Part shown: piece by piece, positions 16,657-64,000 of the stretch
How the letters are laid out: every line of letters begins with the position of its first letter
Numbering within the stretch: position 1 is the stretch's first letter
Assembly (NCBI GenBank): GCA_002269645.1
Contig: NIVC01000059.1
Coordinates: 248,001-312,000 of the forward strand
Direction of reading: 5' to 3'
Source: Macrostomum lignano
Taxonomy: Eukaryota
Length of the DNA stretch: 64,000 nt
Translations under genes and position numbers: made by a program
The notes under the pieces: generated by a model
Database searches by the model: none
What the model was told of the DNA's origin: nothing
The model's input: only the letters and a program-made list of their open reading frames with translations

Positions 16657-17382
16657 CGACTCAAGTCTCAATGGATGTTGAAGCAACTCAGTCTCATTGA
16701 TTCCTAAGTGACTCAGTCTCACTGATGTTGAAGCAACTCAGTCTCATTGATTCCTAAGTGACTCAGTCTCACTGATGTTGAAGCAACTCAGTCTCATTGA
16801 TTCCTAAGTGACTCAGTCTCACTGATGTTGAAGTGACTCAGTCTAATGGATTCCTAAGTGATCCTCAGTCTCACATCACTATGTTGAAGTGACTCAGTCT
16901 CACTGATGTTGAAGTGACTCAGTCTCACTGGATGTTGAAGTGACTCAGTCTCACTGGATGTTGAAGTGACTCAGTCTCACTGATGTTGAAGTGACTCAGT
17001 CTCACTGGATGTTGAAGTGACTCAGTCTCACTGATGTTGAAGTGACTCAGTCTCACTGATGTTGAAGTGACTCAGTCTCACTGATGTTGAAGTGACTCAG
17101 TCTCTGATGTTGAAGTGACTCAGTCTCAATGATGTTGAAGTGACTCAGTCTCACTGATGTTAAAGTGACTCAGTCTCAATGATGTTGAAGTGACTCAGTC
17201 TCACTGATGTTAAAGTGACTCAGTCTCACTGGATGTCGATGTGACTCAGTCTCACTGATGTTGAAGGGACTCAGTCTCACTGGATGTTAAAGTGACTCAG
17301 TCTCACTGATGTTGAAGGGACTCAGTCTCACTGGATGTTAAAGTGACTCAGTCTCACTGATGTTGAAGTGACTCAGTCTCAG
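16657..17382. repeat. 25-bp minisatellite (GTGACTCAGTCTCACTGATGTTGAA)n, copy 2
   Basis: Duplicate of 11890-12615. Confidence 0.93.
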
Positions 17383-17858
17383 TCATGCATAAGTGACTCT
17401 TTTACAATGACTACAGACGATTATTAAAACCTATAAGTAAAATATGTAAAATTTTACTAAGGCATTTGGCAAGAGCGTTTTGGCAAAACCAAATAATCGA
17501 GGAAGAAACTTGAAAGCCACTTGTCATCTTCATGCTAAACATTTTTATTGCAATTCATAAGGAAAGACAGATTATTGAAAATATAAACTTGTATTACTTC
17601 TTTATTTATAGAAGTAAATTTTCATCGACACACAGAAACGCATAAGTCTACTTGTTTAGTAGTAAAATCAGCATTTTAAGCATTTTTCTTAACTGAAAAT
17701 GGAATTTTTTACGAAGTCTCGTAATTTATTATTTTCAGCTGTTCCTGTCTCTTTAGTATATTTTTCCGCAACTGAATTTGTCTATGGCAAAAACCCATTC
17801 CATAGCTATAAAAACGCAGATAAAACAGTTTTAAACGCAACTAACACGCAGATTTGAT

Positions 17859-21900
<4,042 letters not shown>

Positions 21901-24027
21901 TTGAAATTATTGAGAGTTTAACTATAAAAAACCTCTAAGTTAGTATTAAATATAATGAGTAATTTTTATGCTGATTGACAGAAGCTCTTACAATTCGGAG
22001 GAATCGGAGTGATGCGTTTAAAAAAAGAAAAGAAGTTGCACAACTTTACGAAATTTGTTGAATGTAGTAGTTGTAAATTGGCTCAGGCAAATGCTGATTC
22101 ATAGAATTCATAGAATTTGAAATAATCATCGCTGAGCCTTTTACGATTCACCAGTAAAACAACAACTAAACAAAGTTTTTATCTTACAAATGATAAATTA
22201 TTTAAAAAATAAGTTTTAAACACTTTCAACAATATTGTCTCGAAAACAACACTATGCACAGTCCTGTTTCTTTCCGCTGACTCCTTATAAAAACATCCCG
22301 GAGAACCGCATGCTTTGCAGGCACGCGTTTATACATCCTCACAAGGGTGCGTATAGCGGGCTTGACTAATCGTCAAATTGTCAGCCATGTAACACACTGC
22401 GCCTTGAGGGTCAGCCTTCCCTTTCTCACACCCATGTACCCCTTGAAGGTGGTGACACTAGGGCTAATCGCCAATCCGTGTTTACTGCCAGGGACTGACT
22501 ACGCCTAAGCGAAGCGGGCCCAGGAGTCCCTGTTACTGCGCACGCATTCAAATCCAAGGGTTTTGTAGCGCTTGCAGGACAGACTCCAGTTTAGGACTCA
22601 GATATATATATCTGCCTCTCATTTTGTTAAAAATGTCACTACTTTTCTTAAGGGGCTATAGTACTTGAATTTAACGTGTTTTCAAATAGGTGGCGCTGCG
22701 ACCGTCCTGCAAACGAAAATTCAATGAGCCCAAACTAAATGCAAGTAGTCTTACACCTAAAGTGCTCAGCATATGTACTTTAGTGGCGTACGCAAGAATT
22801 CGAAGGGGCCACGATCCTAAGCACTGAGGGCGCCGGTATACAGTACCGGTATTTGGTGTCCTGGGACTCTGCCTGCAGAGCCAATACAATTCAGCTATAC
22901 GAAGTAGACGACGACGAGTACTGCACCAACACCTGCATGTGTAGATGTACTGTAAGTCGAAAAATAAACAAATAACAAACAAAAAACACACCAGAAACCA
23001 ATTGTTTAATCACAAAAACGGGAAACAACAAGGCTGGGGGCGAAGTACACACACACTAATTTACTTAGGTTTTTGTCTGTTGAATACCGGTATATATATT
23101 TATTTATTTCGCTACTTTTCCGGTGCAAACCAGCTAATTGATAAGTAAGAGGGCAATAAAAGAAAGTCCGAGATAGTGATATCTGCCGTAGAGTTAATTG
23201 TTGATCAATCAAGGAATTGAGGCTGAGGATGCGAGTGGGCGGGTATAGGCGACTCAAACATGTTGGGCGTGCATTACTACTCGAACAAGAATGCCTAGCG
23301 AGTAGTAAAACAAAGCAGCGACTTGCTTATTATAATCTCACAATAGTTTAAACAACTTAATAAGCAGCAGGACAAGGTCCGATGGTACAACAAAACATTG
23401 CGCATAAATCAAACAGCGGCGTCATATGCGAAGGAACTACTCGCAGTAGTTTGTCAATAGTAGTGAGCACATTTAAATAATTTTTTTAACATAATTACTT
23501 TTGACTTTATTTTCAAAAAGCTAGAGCCGCAATTTGAATTCGCGCTATGCTTTTGTTAGTCTGGATGTAGTTTTTTCTTAATTTATCGATTAATAATGAG
23601 TGTGGAAAATAGTGTACATTGAGGGAAAGGGGGTTGGCGTTCGATCAAAAAAACCTTTAAGAGCAGAAGTCTGAATATTTATTAGAATTAAAAAAAGAAT
23701 CAATCTCATGCCAAACAAAAGTACAAGAGCTTAGGTGCAAAGAGAAACACAAAACTTCTTAAAAGACATAGTATAATAACAAAGTCTAGTTCTAGAGTAT
23801 GACATTAAATAGTATTATATAGGGTTGGCTTAGTGTGTTCTCAACTGAAGTATCATTTTAACCTCAGTGGCGTAAAACTTCAAGTTTAAAACTAAAAAAT
23901 CAAGAGTTTACACAGTTTCTACTTAAGTAAACTTAAGCATTCATTTATTCTAGCAAAAATGTGCAGCAAAAAAGCCTGGTTCATAACGAAACTTCCTTTT
24001 CTTCAATAGTTTGCATAAGTCTCTCAT

Positions 24028-61989
<37,962 letters not shown>

Positions 61990-63270
61990 CTAGACAATTG
62001 ATGCAGCAATTCATAATATTATGCTAACTAAAAATATGTAAAATAGCACAAAACTTAGTAGATTCTAAAGCTCCATTTTTAAGTCTATTGACTACTTGGA
62101 ATCATGATTTAAATTGCCCATTATATTGGCAACAAATTCAAATCAATAAACAATTCATCTGGTCTTTTTTCTTATTATCTCTGCTTTTCAGCTTTTGGTT
62201 ATAAATTTTGCAATTTATCTTTAGTCTAGAATAATTGCATATGTATTTAGGGGTACAATAATATTGTATAAACTAGAATCAATTTTATATTTTGTTTCAA
62301 TGTACCAGGTACTTAAAACTATTTCAATTTTGAAGGTTCAATAAAAACTTTAACATCATATACATAGCTAATAAACTTAAATCAATGCTCTCAACACAAG
62401 ATTCTAGAGTCTAATACCAAGTGATAGAATAAAAACATAAAAGCAAAAAGCAAAAAGCAAATGTCAGAAAAACCAAAAAATAAATTTTTTGTTGCTCATT
62501 TTAAAAGAATAAAACATAAGAATCATAGAATAAATAATAAATTAGAATAGCAATGCAAGTACAGACTGAGTTTATATAATACTAATTATAAAATGTTATG
62601 ACTTTTATTTAAAAGAAATTACTAAGTTTATTAGAGAATTTATGACAGAAAATAAAATTTCTAAATTAATGCAAATAACACAATGCTGAAATCTAATATG
62701 GAATAACTACATCAAGTTAAATATTATAATAACAAGATTTTTTAAATTAAATCTAAATTAATTAAGACATGATTTTTATATAGGCTATAGATATGAAATT
62801 ATAAGGTTTATAAATATTAATCTTCTTGGAAATAGGCTTAGCAATAAAGGCCATGTCCTAGTTTCCCACATTAAATTATTCTGATACCAAGTTTTAAACA
62901 AATAAACTAAAATAAGTTTCCTGAAGTATACATAAGTAAAAGTATAGCTTTTAGTCTTCAATAAATTAAAATACATGTATGCTTAAACTGTAAGTTTACT
63001 AATAAAGCTTACTATGAATTTTATACCTAAAGTTACAAATGGCACTAGTGATAACCTTTTCAGTTTTTGACTCTCACTTTAGCAAGTTCCTTTGGCAGTA
63101 ACTATTCCAAGAAAAGTGCTTTGGCAACTTTTTGTACTAGGTGCCCCCTATAATCTAGATCATGGCAGGCATATATTAGAATGAAAATTCATGTTATTTA
63201 ATTATAAGCCAACATAAAATAATTTTTTATGCCAAGTGCAAAGTTGTTTATATGCCATTTTTTGACAATA

Positions 63271-64000
63271 TACCGGGTGTCCGGATTGAACGGAAACGCT
63301 GCTGATTTTTTGAATATTTTTTGCAATTTCTCAGCAAGACAAGCAGCTGTACCATTTATTTTTGACAACAGTAAACAGGAAGGTGTCAGCATTGTTCTCA
63401 TTCAAAATGGCCGCCATTGGCCGCGATCACGCGCTCCAGCCTCTTCCTGAACTGCTGGCACACCTTCCTCACATAGTTGGTGTCCATTCTCTCCCACGCC
63501 AGCCGAACAGCAGCCTGCAGCGCTTCCACACTGCTGTGGCAGGATCTGCAGGCCTCGCTCTCCACACGCTGCCAGATTGAGAAGTCCAGCGGATTCAGGT
63601 CCGGACTGGAGGGCGGCCACATCGTCTTCGGCCAGAAGTTCGCCATGTTGTCTGCCAAGAACTGCTGGGTTGTGGCCGCTGTGTGAGCCGGAGCACCGTC
63701 CTGCTGCCACACGTACTGTCCGTCAGGGTACTGCTGATGCAGCCAAGGCAGCACGTGCTGCTGCAGCAGCTGCTGGTAGCATGCAGCATTCACTTTGGTG
63801 CCTGGGTTGATGAAAATGGGGGGACACCTCCGTCCATCACTCGCAACGACGCCCAGCATCATGATGGAGGCCGGGTGCTTAGACTTCATACTGTACTTCA
63901 CGTGGGCAGGTGTGTCCGCGCTGCTGGCGGCGCTGATGTAGCGAGTGTTGCGCCTGTTCACGGCTTGGTCACAGGTGAACAGTTTCTCGTCGCTGAACAC
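63271..64000 (-). mobile_element. Tc1/mariner superfamily transposon, maT-type (DD37D), 3' part with terminal inverted repeat
   Basis: TIR-like TACCGGGTGTCCGG at 63271, preceded by TA (63269-63270), ~125 bp past the transposase stop. The element runs off the right edge. Confidence 0.85.
63398..64000 (-). CDS. DD37D transposase catalytic domain (partial)
   Basis: FSDEK...QQDGAPAH...WPPSSPDLNPLDFSIW; 37 residues between the 2nd and 3rd Asp by count; no stops or frameshifts in the 200 codons visible. Confidence 0.95.
   Translation of the reverse strand: MFSDEKLFTCDQAVNRRNTRYISAASSADTPAHVKYSMKSKHPASIMMLGVVASDGRRCPPIFINPGTKVNAACYQQLLQQHVLPWLHQQYPDGQYVWQQDGAPAHTAATTQQFLADNMANFWPKTMWPPSSPDLNPLDFSIWQRVESEACRSCHSSVEALQAAVRLAWERMDTNYVRKVCQQFRKRLERVIAANGGHFE

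Noticed and set aside
22284-22620. Telomerase RNA candidate
   Set aside because: No template of at least one full CCCTAA permutation plus alignment bases on either strand.
22520-23180. RNase MRP/P RNA suggested by AGGAGTCCCT with AGGGGCT complementarity and GAAAGTCCGAGA
   Set aside because: The CR-V context is wrong, T-runs interrupt the region and no matching partner helix was found for the second motif.

Overview
Eukaryotic (animal) genomic DNA with GT-AG introns, GC-rich exons and very dense micro/minisatellites. The style resembles a Macrostomum-like flatworm, which is an inference and not verified. Left to right: (1) first coding exon of WDR17 (-, runs off the left edge); (2) a 4-exon opsin (+) that keeps the retinal-binding Lys but lacks the usual counterions and the NPxxY/ERY motifs; (3) a complete, cysteine-rich, molluscan-insulin-type peptide gene (-) with TATA box and 5'-UTR intron; (4) RTCA (RNA 3'-phosphate cyclase, -), one full 5-exon copy plus a near-identical 4.77-kb tandem duplicate of exons 3-5 bounded by (GACA)n tracts; (5) a ~38-kb UBR4/p600 gene (-) with 26 hand-traced exons (~5,420 codons, 5' end unresolved), nearly every intron filled by its own tandem array; (6) the 3' part of a DD37D (maT-type) Tc1/mariner transposon. 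Most long ORFs in the supplied track are translations of tandem repeats. There is no CRISPR array or prokaryotic system. All alignments to known proteins are from memory and all coordinates were counted by hand.
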